From the NCBI GenBank assembly GCA_965228735.1, contig OZ245838.1, forward strand, positions 5,376,001 through 5,440,000: a stretch of 64,000 bases of DNA. Reading direction: 5' to 3'. Source of the stretch: Planctomycetota bacterium (GTDB lineage Bacteria > Planctomycetota > UBA1135 > UBA2386). The position numbers and the translations under genes are program-made. The notes below the pieces were generated by a model. It saw only the letters and a program-made list of their open reading frames with translations. It searched no databases and had not been told where the DNA came from. This document shows positions 1 through 9,630 of this stretch, one piece after another. The first letter of the stretch is position 1. Each line of letters opens with the position of its first letter.

Positions 1-533
1 ACGTCGGCGACAGCGGGCCGCGGGGCGTTCTCTTCCAACTCCCCGCGACTTCGCTGCCTCGACGGCCGCGCCTGGGATACGCGGCTCCGTTGTTCTGCAG
101 TGCCTCGCAGCCGGGGGTCGTCGGCTCCTGGGCAGGCACCGACGCGGCTACGCGACTTCGTCCAGTTGTGATTTTCGGACGGAACTGGTGCTGCTCGAGA
201 GTCGTTTTCCCGCCGCCTCGGGGTCGACGGCCGCGTTGTCATCGGTCTTTGAGCGGACTGCGGGAGAGCCCCTAGGCGATATCCCGGAGAGCGGCATCGG
301 CCCGAGCATCGGTTACGTGACGGAAGCCCCGAACCACCGTTGTCGCGGGCCAACCGCCATTGGGGAAATCCCGAACGTGGGCTATCCTTGCCGCCGCGCG
401 GTTTTTCGGCCGCCAGCTCACGTTCTTGGGACCGTTCGTGCCGAGCCCGACCACGGGCCTGGTTCGAACTGCGGGCGTCGGCCGGAACCGTCAGCGCGTG
501 CCACCGTATCGCGGGTCCTGCTGCCCGCTCGTC

Positions 534-1220
534 ATGTCCTTTCTCCACTACGTCCGGACTCTCAAGGGTGTCATCGGGATGCTCCGCAACCCGGAGGGCA
601 CGGAGTCCGTGTTCGACATCGAGGATGGCCTCAAGGACGTCGAGGCGACGCGCGGCATCGTCGAACGCGTGACGGAGTCCGCGGCCGTCGCCAGCCTGAT
701 GCGTGAGCGCTACCTCGCCGAGGCGACCGATGTCGATCGGCTCGCAGCGCTGCCGGTCGGGTCGCTCGGTCACGCGTTCGCCATGCACATTCGCACGAAC
801 GGCTTCGACCCCGACTACTACCGCAAGATCGAGGTCGAGAGCGATCTCGACTGGGTTCTCATGCGAATGCGACAGACGCACGACATCTGGCACGTCGTGA
901 CCGGCATCGGCGTCGACCGCCTCGGCGAGATCGCGGTCAAGGCGTTCGAGCTCGCGCAGACATGGCGCCCGCTCGCGGCCGTCATCACGACGGGCGGACT
1001 GCTGCGCTACCTGATCAAGGAACCCGATCGGCTCGGGGAGGTCATGGAGCACATCTCGCACGGCTACCAACTCGGACGTCACGCCCAACCGTTCCTGGCC
1101 CAGCGCTGGGAGGAGGGGTGGGAGCGGCCGCTCACCGCGTGGCGGGAGCAGGTCGGCCTCCCCGCGGAGATTCCGCCGGTCGGTGAGTTTCGGCCAGCGT
1201 GCGAGGCCACCGAGGGATGA
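534..1220 (+). CDS. Coq4-family (ubiquinone biosynthesis COQ4-like) protein
   Basis: LPVGSLG segment followed by RQTHDIWHVVTG...GEIA (HDxxH...E Coq4 motif); ATG at 534 chosen over the longer ORF start. Confidence 0.8.
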   Translation: MSFLHYVRTLKGVIGMLRNPEGTESVFDIEDGLKDVEATRGIVERVTESAAVASLMRERYLAEATDVDRLAALPVGSLGHAFAMHIRTNGFDPDYYRKIEVESDLDWVLMRMRQTHDIWHVVTGIGVDRLGEIAVKAFELAQTWRPLAAVITTGGLLRYLIKEPDRLGEVMEHISHGYQLGRHAQPFLAQRWEEGWERPLTAWREQVGLPAEIPPVGEFRPACEATEG

Positions 1221-1585
1221 CCGCGCCGCTGCCCGCCGGGCTCCAGAACTTCGACGAGTTCTGGCCGCACTACCTCGAGCAGCACCGCCGGGCCGGGTGC
1301 CGGGTCATGCACTATCTGGCGGCGATCACGGCCGTGACCCTGCTCGTCATCGCCTGCTGCGCGGCGTGTCCTTGGACCATGATGTCGGTGCCGATCGCGG
1401 CCTACCTGCTCGCGTGGCTCGGACACGCGCTCATCGAGCGCAACCGGCCCGCGACCTGGCGCTATCCGGTCTGGTCGTTGCGGGCCGAGGTGCGCATGGT
1501 CACCCTTGCCGTACGCGGCCGGCTCGGCGACGAACTGCGCCGAGCTGGTCCAGGAACTTCGGCGCGGCCAGACCCGCCGAACTGA
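1217..1585 (+). CDS. DUF962/Mpo1-like small membrane protein
   Basis: F..FWPHYLEQH...H...AWLGHALIERNRPATWRYP signature; ATGA overlap with the upstream stop. Confidence 0.8.
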   Translation: MTAPLPAGLQNFDEFWPHYLEQHRRAGCRVMHYLAAITAVTLLVIACCAACPWTMMSVPIAAYLLAWLGHALIERNRPATWRYPVWSLRAEVRMVTLAVRGRLGDELRRAGPGTSARPDPPN

Positions 1586-1595
1586 CCGATCGCCC

Positions 1596-1619
1596 GTGCA
1601 CACTCAAAGCACCAGCTAT
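1596..1619 (+). repeat. Solo copy of the dispersed IS-end-like motif (GTGCACACTCAAAGCACCAGCTAT)
   Basis: 1597-1619 is the exact reverse complement of 24183-24205; intergenic. Confidence 0.85.
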
Positions 1620-1954
1620 CGCGGCTGCCGAATCGCCGATCGAACGGGTCGTACGACCCGCATTGGCAGCACGTTAGCCCGATTTCGACCGAGCGGCCGC
1701 CCGAGCCGGCTGCCGCGCAACGTCGTCGTCGAGCGTGCGCTCTGCTGCCTCCGAATCCGGCTCGTGGCGGCGCCGTCGGTTGCCCGTTTTTTCGGCGGGC
1801 CGCGCATTGGTTACGATCCGGGCCTCCCGGGCCGAGCCGACGTACTGCCCTCGAACCTCTCGGACGGGTTCCTCGTAGAAGCTGAATCAGAACACCTGAG
1901 AGCGGTCTCCCGCGCGAGTCGGGAGCGCACCCCGAAACCACCGTACGCTTTCCC

Positions 1955-2968
1955 ATGTTGGTCACCGAGATCGCCGCGCACCTGTCGGGTCAGCTCGTCG
2001 GCGACGAGAGCATCGCCGTCACCGGTGTGGCACCGATCCACGATGCCACGGCGAACGACATCACCTTCGCCGTGACCGCCGATCGCGTGGCGATCGAGGC
2101 GACCCCGGCCGCGTGTGTGCTCGTTCCGCGCACTCCCGAGTTTGCCACCGGCCGCTGCGTAATACGGGTCGACGACCCGCGGCTGGCGTTCGCGCGGCTG
2201 ACGGCCCTCATGTTTCCGAGGTCGAGGCGACCCGCGGAGGTGCACCCGACTGCTGTCGTTCATCCGACTGCCACGTTGGGTCACGACATCGCGATCGGGC
2301 CGTATTGCGTCGTCGGAGCGGAAGCCGTCTTGGGCGATGGTGTCACTCTGGGGGCTCGCGTGTCCGTGCACGAGGGCGTCCGAATCGGTGCGCGCACGAC
2401 CGTTGGTGACGGGGCCGTGCTCGGCGGCGATGGGTTCGGCTTCCTGCCGAACGGTCGCGAGTACGAAGCGGTCCCGCACGTCGGCACGCTCGAGATCGGC
2501 GAGGACGTTTCGATCGGCGCCAACGCCACGATCGATCGCGGCACGCTCGGCGCTACCCGGATCGGGCGCGGTTGCAAGATCGACAACCTCGTGCACGTGG
2601 CTCACAACTGCGTGATCGGCGAACACGCGATCCTCGCGGCGCAGACCGGCCTCGCGGGTGGCGCGCAGGTCGGGGACTGGGCGGTGGTGGGCGGTCAGGT
2701 CGGCGTCGGCAACAACGCGCGGATCGGCGACAAGGCCCGGGTCGGCGGTGGCTCGGCGGTGCTGTCGGGCAAGCACGTGTCGCCCGGCGCCACGGTCTGG
2801 GGTGTGCCGGCGCGGCCGCTCAAGCGGCACCTGCACAACCAGGCCGAGCTCAACCGGCTCGAGCAGCTGCGCGCCGAGGTTCGGGAGCTCGGTGCCGAGC
2901 TTGCGAAGCTACGCTCGCGCCAGGGTGAGGACTCGAGTCGCCGCTTCGCTGGCGGCTGTCCCGAGTAG
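1955..2968 (+). CDS. lpxD: UDP-3-O-(3-hydroxyacyl)glucosamine N-acyltransferase
   Basis: N-terminal LpxD domain, hexapeptide repeats, GGDGFGF, IGANATIDRG, KIDNLVHVAHN, GVPARP. Confidence 0.9.
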   Translation: MLVTEIAAHLSGQLVGDESIAVTGVAPIHDATANDITFAVTADRVAIEATPAACVLVPRTPEFATGRCVIRVDDPRLAFARLTALMFPRSRRPAEVHPTAVVHPTATLGHDIAIGPYCVVGAEAVLGDGVTLGARVSVHEGVRIGARTTVGDGAVLGGDGFGFLPNGREYEAVPHVGTLEIGEDVSIGANATIDRGTLGATRIGRGCKIDNLVHVAHNCVIGEHAILAAQTGLAGGAQVGDWAVVGGQVGVGNNARIGDKARVGGGSAVLSGKHVSPGATVWGVPARPLKRHLHNQAELNRLEQLRAEVRELGAELAKLRSRQGEDSSRRFAGGCPE

Positions 2969-3001
2969 TCGCGTCGGGCGCGGCCTCGCAGTGCCGGCGG
3001 C

Positions 3002-4384
3002 CTAGTCCTTCGCGGGGTCGAAACGCGTTGCGGCGACCTTGCCGCGCGGGCGGGCGTTGGCGGTGATCTCCGCGTCGAGCTCGTTCGCGAGGGCGGTCAA
3101 CTCCGTGACGAGCTCGGGCTCCTGCTGGCGGCGATCCCACTGCTCGGACACGTCGTGCTCGACGTCGAACAGGCCGTGCTCGAAGACGAGCTTCCAGCGG
3201 CCGCGGCGCACGCCGGCGAGCTTCCCGCGGGCCGTGTAATAGACGAACGCGCGGGTCGGTGACCGCGCTTCGGGTTCGCCGCGCAGCAGCGCGCCGATGT
3301 CATGGCCGTCGATCTGCGGCAGCGCTTCGACGTCGCTCGCGTCGGCGTCGCTGCTGAATGCGGCGATGGTCGGCAACACGTCCATCGAAGTCGCGACCTC
3401 GGTGCAGACCGCGCCGGCGGGAATCGTGCCGGGCCAGCTGGCGATGCACGGGACGCGTTGGCCGCCTTCCCAGTTGGAGCCCTTGCCGCCGCGGAGCAAG
3501 CCGGCGGAGCCGCCATTGAGTTTGAACGGGAGCCACGGACCGTTGTCCGAGAGGAAGATCACGAGCGTGTGTTGTGTGAGGCCGAGTCGTTCGACCGCGT
3601 CGACGAGCCGGCCGACGCCGTGATCGATCTCTTCGATGACGTCGCCGTAGAGACCGCGTTTGCTCGTGCCCTCGAACTCCTTCGACGCGTAGATCGGGAT
3701 GTGCGGCATCGAGTACGGCACGTAGCAGAAGAACGGTCGCTCCGCGTTCTGCTCGATGAAGTCGACGGCGGCGTCGGTCGTCCGCTTCGTCAGGAGGTGC
3801 TGGTCGGGTTCCCACTCCGTGACTTCGCCGTCCTCCATCCACGGCAGCCGGAAGCGATACTTCGCGTTCTGCTTGCGATGGAACTGCGCCATGTCGTTCG
3901 AGTACGGCACGCCGGCGAAGCGGTCGAAACCCTGATCGAGCGGCAGCAGTCCGGGGCGATGGCCGAGGTGCCACTTGCCGAACGCGCCGGTGGCGTAGCC
4001 GCGGCCCTTCAGCAGGTCGGCGATCGTCACCTCGTCTTGATGCAGTCCCCAGTCGTCGGGCGGGAAGACGACGTGCCGATGCATTCCGACGCGCTTCGGA
4101 TAGCAGCCCGTCAGCAGCGCGGCGCGCGACGGCGAGCAAACCGGGCACGCGACGTAGAACTGCGTGAGCTTCATGCCGCCCGCGGCGAGCTCGTCGAGAT
4201 GTGGAGTGTGGATCGTCGGGTGGCCGAAGCACGACAGGTCGCCGTAGCCCTGATCGTCGGTCATCACGAGAACGACGTTCGGCGGGCGCTGGGTCTGGGC
4301 CAATGCGTTCGTGACCGTGAGCGATGCCGCGAGAACGAGCGGGGCCAGGGTGGTCCAGGCGAGGCGAGAGGGCGCGCGCGTCAT
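3002..4384 (-). CDS. Secreted arylsulfatase (formylglycine-dependent sulfatase)
   Basis: Signal peptide, PNVVLVMTDDQG, CSPSRAALLTG, GKWHLG, SDNG motifs. Confidence 0.92.
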   Translation of the reverse strand: MTRAPSRLAWTTLAPLVLAASLTVTNALAQTQRPPNVVLVMTDDQGYGDLSCFGHPTIHTPHLDELAAGGMKLTQFYVACPVCSPSRAALLTGCYPKRVGMHRHVVFPPDDWGLHQDEVTIADLLKGRGYATGAFGKWHLGHRPGLLPLDQGFDRFAGVPYSNDMAQFHRKQNAKYRFRLPWMEDGEVTEWEPDQHLLTKRTTDAAVDFIEQNAERPFFCYVPYSMPHIPIYASKEFEGTSKRGLYGDVIEEIDHGVGRLVDAVERLGLTQHTLVIFLSDNGPWLPFKLNGGSAGLLRGGKGSNWEGGQRVPCIASWPGTIPAGAVCTEVATSMDVLPTIAAFSSDADASDVEALPQIDGHDIGALLRGEPEARSPTRAFVYYTARGKLAGVRRGRWKLVFEHGLFDVEHDVSEQWDRRQQEPELVTELTALANELDAEITANARPRGKVAATRFDPAKD

Positions 4385-4442
4385 GCGCCGATTCAACCAC
4401 ACGGGTTGGAATCTCCGAGCCCGGAAGCAACGATCGTCGCGA

Positions 4443-5066
4443 ATGCTGCTCTCGTTCCAGACCGTTGCCGCGCGCGTTCGGCACGAGCCCGACAAGATCA
4501 AGGGCTCGCGGCACATCGCGACGGTCGTGCCGGTGCGTGACGAGAACGAGATCGCGGCGGCGGTCGCCGAGCCGAAGAAGGAGTTTCACAAGGCCAATCA
4601 TCACGCCTACGCGTGGCGGCTCGGTGCCGGCCGCGAGCGCTTCCACTACAGTGATGACGGCGAGCCGTCCGGGTCGGCGGGCAAGCCGATCCTGCAGCAG
4701 ATCGACCGGCTCGAACTGACGCGCGTGCTGGTCGTCGTCAGCCGGATATTCGGCGGGACCAAGCTCGGCACCGGCGGGCTCGTCCGGGCCTACGGCGGCG
4801 CGGCACAGGCGGCGCTCGAACGGGCCGAGATCGTCGAGCACGTTCTCACGGCGACGATCACCGTGGAGCACGACTACGACCAGGCTGGCACAGTTGCCGG
4901 CGCTCTCCATGCGGCCGGGATCGAGCCGCGGCAGGCGGACTACGGGGAGCGCACGCGCCTCGTGCTCGACGTTCGGGTGGATCGTGCCGGCGCGGTGGCG
5001 GCCGCGTTGCGCGAAGCGACGGGTGGGCGGGCTTCGATCGACGTCGAGATGCCGATGACGGACTGA
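4443..5066 (+). CDS. yigZ: YigZ/IMPACT family protein
   Basis: IKGSR, ANHHAYAWR, SDDGEPSGSAG, R.FGGTKLG.GGLVRAY. Confidence 0.9.
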   Translation: MLLSFQTVAARVRHEPDKIKGSRHIATVVPVRDENEIAAAVAEPKKEFHKANHHAYAWRLGAGRERFHYSDDGEPSGSAGKPILQQIDRLELTRVLVVVSRIFGGTKLGTGGLVRAYGGAAQAALERAEIVEHVLTATITVEHDYDQAGTVAGALHAAGIEPRQADYGERTRLVLDVRVDRAGAVAAALREATGGRASIDVEMPMTD

Positions 5067-5143
5067 GCGGCCCGATCTCACGGAGTGCCCGGACGATGAA
5101 CTCGGGTGCATCCCGGCCCACGGGTGTGCGAACATGCCTCCAC

Positions 5144-5848
5144 ATGTCCGAGTTCGAATCCGTTGTTCGCCTGCGCGGCGTGCAGAAGGCCGTCGTCGAG
5201 GGTGGCGCTACTCGGAAAGTGCTCGCGGGCGTCGACCTCGACGTCGCCCCGGCCGAGTCGGTGGCGATCCTCGGTCGCAGCGGTTCGGGCAAGTCGACGT
5301 TGCTCAACCTGATCGCGGGGATCGATGAAGCCGATGGCGGCGAGATCCTGGTGGACGGCGTCGACGTTCGTCGCGCCGACGAGCGGGCGCGAGCCGAGCT
5401 GCGGACCCGTCAGTTCGGCTTCGTCTTCCAGTCGTTCCACCTGCTGCCGACGCTGACGGTCGTGGAGAACGTGGCGCTGCCCCTGGAGCTTTCGGGCTTC
5501 GCCGGGCGCGAGGCGGAAGCTCGGTCGATGGCGGTGCTCGAGCGCGTCGGCCTCGCCGACCGTGCGGGCGCATGGCCCGAGGTGCTGTCGGGCGGTGAGC
5601 AGCAGCGCGCCGCCGTCGCGCGGGCGATCGCGGCCCGCCCTGCCGTGCTGCTGTGCGACGAACCGACCGGCAACCTGGACGACGCCGCTGCGGGGCTCGT
5701 GCTCGACCTGATCCGTGACGTGCGTCGCGAACAATGCTGCGCGGTCGTGCTCGTGACGCACAGTCGGCGCGCGGCGGCGATCTGCGACCGTCAGCTGTGG
5801 CTCGAGGCCGGCGTGTTGCAGAGTGAACGTTCGGAGACGCACGTTTGA
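5144..5848 (+). CDS. ABC transporter ATP-binding protein (LolD/AttE-like)
   Basis: Walker A GRSGSGKS, LSGGEQQR signature, CDEPTGNLD, VTH. Confidence 0.92.
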   Translation: MSEFESVVRLRGVQKAVVEGGATRKVLAGVDLDVAPAESVAILGRSGSGKSTLLNLIAGIDEADGGEILVDGVDVRRADERARAELRTRQFGFVFQSFHLLPTLTVVENVALPLELSGFAGREAEARSMAVLERVGLADRAGAWPEVLSGGEQQRAAVARAIAARPAVLLCDEPTGNLDDAAAGLVLDLIRDVRREQCCAVVLVTHSRRAAAICDRQLWLEAGVLQSERSETHV

Positions 5849-8430
5849 GATTGCTGCTTCGGCAAGGGCTGCGGCATCACCGCCGGCACCCGTTGCAGAC
5901 GATCCTCACTCTGCTCGGCATCGCGGCGGGGGTCGCGTTGCTCGCGGCGATGCGGCTCAGTCAGAGCACGGCGGAGCGCGCGTTCGACCGCGCGGTGGAG
6001 GCTGTCGCGGGTACGGCGACGCACGTGATCCGGGGTGGTCCCGACGGCCTGCCGGCCAGCAGCTACGCCGCGGTTCGCCGGCAACTCGGCGGTCGCGGCG
6101 TGGCGCCGTCCGTGCACGCGATCGCGCGGATGCCGCAGCGCGCCGAGGGCGCCGTGCTGCGTGTGCTCGGCATCGATCCGTTCGGCGACGTCGAGTTGCG
6201 CCCGTGGTCCGGACCGCGCGCGCAGGACGTGCCGTTCGGCAGGCTCGTCACCGAGCCGGGCACGTTCGTCGCGACGCCCGATCTGCTCGAGCGGCTTGCG
6301 ATCGAGGTCGGCAGCGATGTTCGGATCACGGTCGGCGGCCGCCCGCGCGTGGCGCGCTGCATCGGCGCGATCCGGCCGCCGCGGCAGGTGGCGGCGGGGC
6401 TCGCGGACACGCTCGTCGTCGACATCGCGACCGCGCAGGAGTGGATCGACGCGCCGGGGCGGATCGACCGCCTCGACCTCCACCTCGCCGTGAACGAACT
6501 ACCGCGCGGACTGACCGTCGAACGCGCGGCCGAACTCGCGCTCGCCGAGGCGTCGCGCGGCGGGCTCGCGCGCATCGAGACGACGGGGCAGGGGCAGCGC
6601 AGTCTCACGCAGTTGACGGAAGGGTTCCGCATCAATGTCACGGCGCTCAGCCTGCTGTCGCTGCTCGTGGGCGCGTTCCTCGTGCACGAGACGATGCGCC
6701 TGTCCGTGGTCGCGCGGCGGGCGTCGTTCGGCGTCCTGCGGGCCCTCGGCGCTCGCGGGCGGGCGCTCGGCCTCGGTGTGGCGCTCGAGGCCATCGTGCT
6801 CGGCGCGATCGGCAGCGTCATCGGCGGGGCCCTCGGAATCCTCGCTGCGCAGCAACTGCTGACGCCGATCGTCCGAACGTTGAACGACCACTACGCGACG
6901 TTCGCGTTGCCCCAACTCGAGGTCGACCCGTGGCAGCTCATCGTCGCGATCCTGGCCGGCATCGCGGTCACGCTCGTCGCCGCGCTCGGGCCGGCCATCG
7001 CGGCATCGCGGGTCTCGCCGCGGGAAGTGCTCGTGACGGCCGCACCGGCCCGCGGTTCGGGCGCGGTGGCGTGGCGCTGGTGGTGGAGTCTACCCCCGGC
7101 CGTCATCGGAGCCGCGCTCCTCGCGACCGTCGGTGATCGGTTGGTGCAGGGTTACTTCGGCATGCTCGGCGTGCTCGTGGCCGCGGTGCTGCTCATGCCG
7201 TTCCTCATGGGGCTCCTTCTGCGCGCGATCGGCGCGGTGCTCGCGCGGTTCGGCCCCTTCGCGCGTTACATCGTGCGCAGCACCGCTGCCGCCCGCAGTC
7301 ACCTCGCGTTGCCGGTCGCAGCGATGGTTCTCGCGGTCGCGACGACGATCGGAATGGCGGTGCTCGTGACGAGCTTTCGCGGCAGTGTCGCGAGCTGGCT
7401 CGGGCAGGTGCTGCCCGGTGACGTATACGTCTCCGTTCCCGGGGGCGTCGACGAACGTGGCCAGGCGATCGACGAGGCGGTTGTGACAGCGCTCACCGAG
7501 AACGCGGCGGTCGCGGATGCGACGCTGTACTACCGGGGCCGGTTCGAGCTGCGGAGCGGCGAGCACGGCGGCGAGATCGAGCTCGTGGGACTGCGGGCGA
7601 CCGCGGCGTTCCGGGAGTCGTGGCCGCTGCTCGCCGGTGACCGCGGCAGGCTCGGCGCGGGCGATCCCGCGGCCGTGGCCTGGGTCAGCGAGCCGCTCGC
7701 GTTTCGTTGGGGGCTGCAGATCGGCGACCCGCTGACCGTCGTGGCGCCGTTGCGATCGGCAGAGCTGCGGGTCGCGGCCATCTACCGCGACTATGCGAAC
7801 GAAGGGGGCGAGGTGCTCGTCGATGCGGCGTGGCTCGCGGGGGTGTCGAACGTGGGATGCACGGCGATCGGCCTCGAGCTCCGGCCCGACAACACTGTCG
7901 GGGACGCGCTCGAGTCGACCGTCGAGGGTCTGCGAGCCGCGGTCACCGGCGCGTCGGATCAGGCCGTGCTCGTGCGATCCCAGCGCGAACTGCGGCGCAC
8001 GTCACTCGCGATCTTCGACCGCACGTTCGCGATCACGGGCGTGATGCGGTTGCTCTGTCTCGCCGTCGCGTTCTTCGGCATCTACTCGGCGTTCGCCGCG
8101 TTGCAGTTCGAGCGTGCTCGCGAAGTCGGCTTGCTGCGATGCCTCGGCGCCAGGCCGTCGCGGATCGGCGTCGTCGTGATCGGGCAGACGATCGTGCTCG
8201 GTGTCGTCGCCGCCGTGCTCGCGATCCCGCTCGGCGTGCTCATCGGGCAACTGCTCGCGCACGTGATCAACCGCGTGTCCTTCGGCTGGTCGCTCGTCGA
8301 GGTCACCGTTCCCGGGAGTGCGCTGCTCGAGGCGTCGTTGCTCGCGGTCGCGGCGGCGCTGCTCGCCGGCGTGTGGCCCGCCATCCGATTCGCCGGCATG
8401 CGGCCGGCCAACGCCCTGCGCGAAGGTTGA
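5845..8430 (+). CDS. ABC transporter permease, duplicated FtsX/MacB-type (AttFG-like)
   Basis: Two repeats of periplasmic domain plus TM block with R..FGVLRALGA and EVGLLRCLGA motifs; TTG start overlaps the upstream stop. Confidence 0.88.
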   Translation: MRLLLRQGLRHHRRHPLQTILTLLGIAAGVALLAAMRLSQSTAERAFDRAVEAVAGTATHVIRGGPDGLPASSYAAVRRQLGGRGVAPSVHAIARMPQRAEGAVLRVLGIDPFGDVELRPWSGPRAQDVPFGRLVTEPGTFVATPDLLERLAIEVGSDVRITVGGRPRVARCIGAIRPPRQVAAGLADTLVVDIATAQEWIDAPGRIDRLDLHLAVNELPRGLTVERAAELALAEASRGGLARIETTGQGQRSLTQLTEGFRINVTALSLLSLLVGAFLVHETMRLSVVARRASFGVLRALGARGRALGLGVALEAIVLGAIGSVIGGALGILAAQQLLTPIVRTLNDHYATFALPQLEVDPWQLIVAILAGIAVTLVAALGPAIAASRVSPREVLVTAAPARGSGAVAWRWWWSLPPAVIGAALLATVGDRLVQGYFGMLGVLVAAVLLMPFLMGLLLRAIGAVLARFGPFARYIVRSTAAARSHLALPVAAMVLAVATTIGMAVLVTSFRGSVASWLGQVLPGDVYVSVPGGVDERGQAIDEAVVTALTENAAVADATLYYRGRFELRSGEHGGEIELVGLRATAAFRESWPLLAGDRGRLGAGDPAAVAWVSEPLAFRWGLQIGDPLTVVAPLRSAELRVAAIYRDYANEGGEVLVDAAWLAGVSNVGCTAIGLELRPDNTVGDALESTVEGLRAAVTGASDQAVLVRSQRELRRTSLAIFDRTFAITGVMRLLCLAVAFFGIYSAFAALQFERAREVGLLRCLGARPSRIGVVVIGQTIVLGVVAAVLAIPLGVLIGQLLAHVINRVSFGWSLVEVTVPGSALLEASLLAVAAALLAGVWPAIRFAGMRPANALREG

Positions 8431-8434
8431 TGCG

Positions 8435-9595
8435 ATGCGTTCGATTCTCACGGTTCTGATCGCGACCGTTCTTGCCGCGTGCTCGGAAGGAGCCGGTGAC
8501 GCTTCGGCGCGCGGGTCGATCGGCGTCGCCGACGCCATGGGCAGTGGGGACTCCGACACCGGGGGCTACGCTCGGGCCGTCGATCCGCCCGAGCTGCGGT
8601 TCCCGCGCGACCACGCGGCGCACCCGGAGTTCCGCACCGAGTGGTGGTACGTGACGGCCAACGTCGACACGCCGTCCGGCCGGCGCTTCGGCGTGCTGCT
8701 CGTGTTCTTTCGTCAGGCGCTGGCGCCGATGGTCGCGCCGCGTGAATCGACGTTCGCGACGCGTGACATGATGCTGGCGCACGCCGCGGTCGCCGACATC
8801 GACGGCAAGAGGTTCCACCACGCCGAACGCCTCGCGCGCGCGGCCGGTGGGCTCGGCGGTGTGAACGGCGGCGACGGCGGTCTCGTTTCGATCGTCTGCG
8901 CCGACTGGAGCGGCAGGGTCGATCCCGAGGGCGACGGTCTCCTGCCGCTCGAGCTGTCGGCGAGTGATCGCGAGTTCGCGTTCGAGCTGCGCGTCGAAAC
9001 GGGCAAGCCGCTCGTGCTCCAGGGCGACCGCGGTCTGAGTCAGAAGAGCGCCGAGCGCGGCAACGCGTCGATCTACTACTCCTGCACGCGCGTTCCGATC
9101 GCCGGGCGCATCGAAGTCGAAGGCGTTCGGCACGACGTGGAGGGGCTCGGTTGGATCGACCGCGAGTGGAGCACGTCGGCGCTCGGCGCGGAGCAGGTCG
9201 GGTGGGACTGGTTCTCCCTGCAGCTGGACGACGACACCGAGGTCATGTGGTACAGCCTGCGTCGGCAGGACGGCAGCGTCGACCCGTGGAGCCGCGGTTG
9301 TTTCGTCCGGGCCGACGGCAGCGCCGTCCGGCTGGATCCTGCGGCCGTGCGCGCGACACCGAACGGGCAGTGGCGGGCGCCCGACGGTGGCGCGACGTAT
9401 CCCGCCGGTTGGCGCCTGACCTGCGCGCAGCCCGAGTTCGATCTCGAGGTCACGCCGCTCCTGGCCGATCAGGAACTGCACGCGCTCGTGCGCTACTGGG
9501 AGGGCGCGGTCGGCGTGCGCGGGACGAGCCGCGGGCGAGCGGTGCAAGGACGCGGCTACCTCGAGATGACGGGCTACGCGACGACGGAGCGGTGA
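8435..9595 (+). CDS. AttH/CrtC-like lipocalin-domain lipoprotein
   Basis: Lipobox LAAC, FPRDHAAHPEFRTEWWY, GWIDREWS, GWDWFSLQL, YWEG, GYLEMTGY. Confidence 0.88.
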   Translation: MRSILTVLIATVLAACSEGAGDASARGSIGVADAMGSGDSDTGGYARAVDPPELRFPRDHAAHPEFRTEWWYVTANVDTPSGRRFGVLLVFFRQALAPMVAPRESTFATRDMMLAHAAVADIDGKRFHHAERLARAAGGLGGVNGGDGGLVSIVCADWSGRVDPEGDGLLPLELSASDREFAFELRVETGKPLVLQGDRGLSQKSAERGNASIYYSCTRVPIAGRIEVEGVRHDVEGLGWIDREWSTSALGAEQVGWDWFSLQLDDDTEVMWYSLRRQDGSVDPWSRGCFVRADGSAVRLDPAAVRATPNGQWRAPDGGATYPAGWRLTCAQPEFDLEVTPLLADQELHALVRYWEGAVGVRGTSRGRAVQGRGYLEMTGYATTER

Positions 9596-9630
9596 CGGCG
9601 CCTCTTGGACCCGTATGCTCCCGCGCAACG

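Noticed and set aside
1..533. Gene or RNA at the window start
   Set aside because: A minus-strand frame is open to the edge but has no recognisable motif and cannot be supported
1664..1678. Sigma-54-like site TGGCAGCACGTTAGC upstream of lpxD
   Set aside because: Spacing is correct but both boxes mismatch, it is about 275 bp from the start, and there is no supporting context
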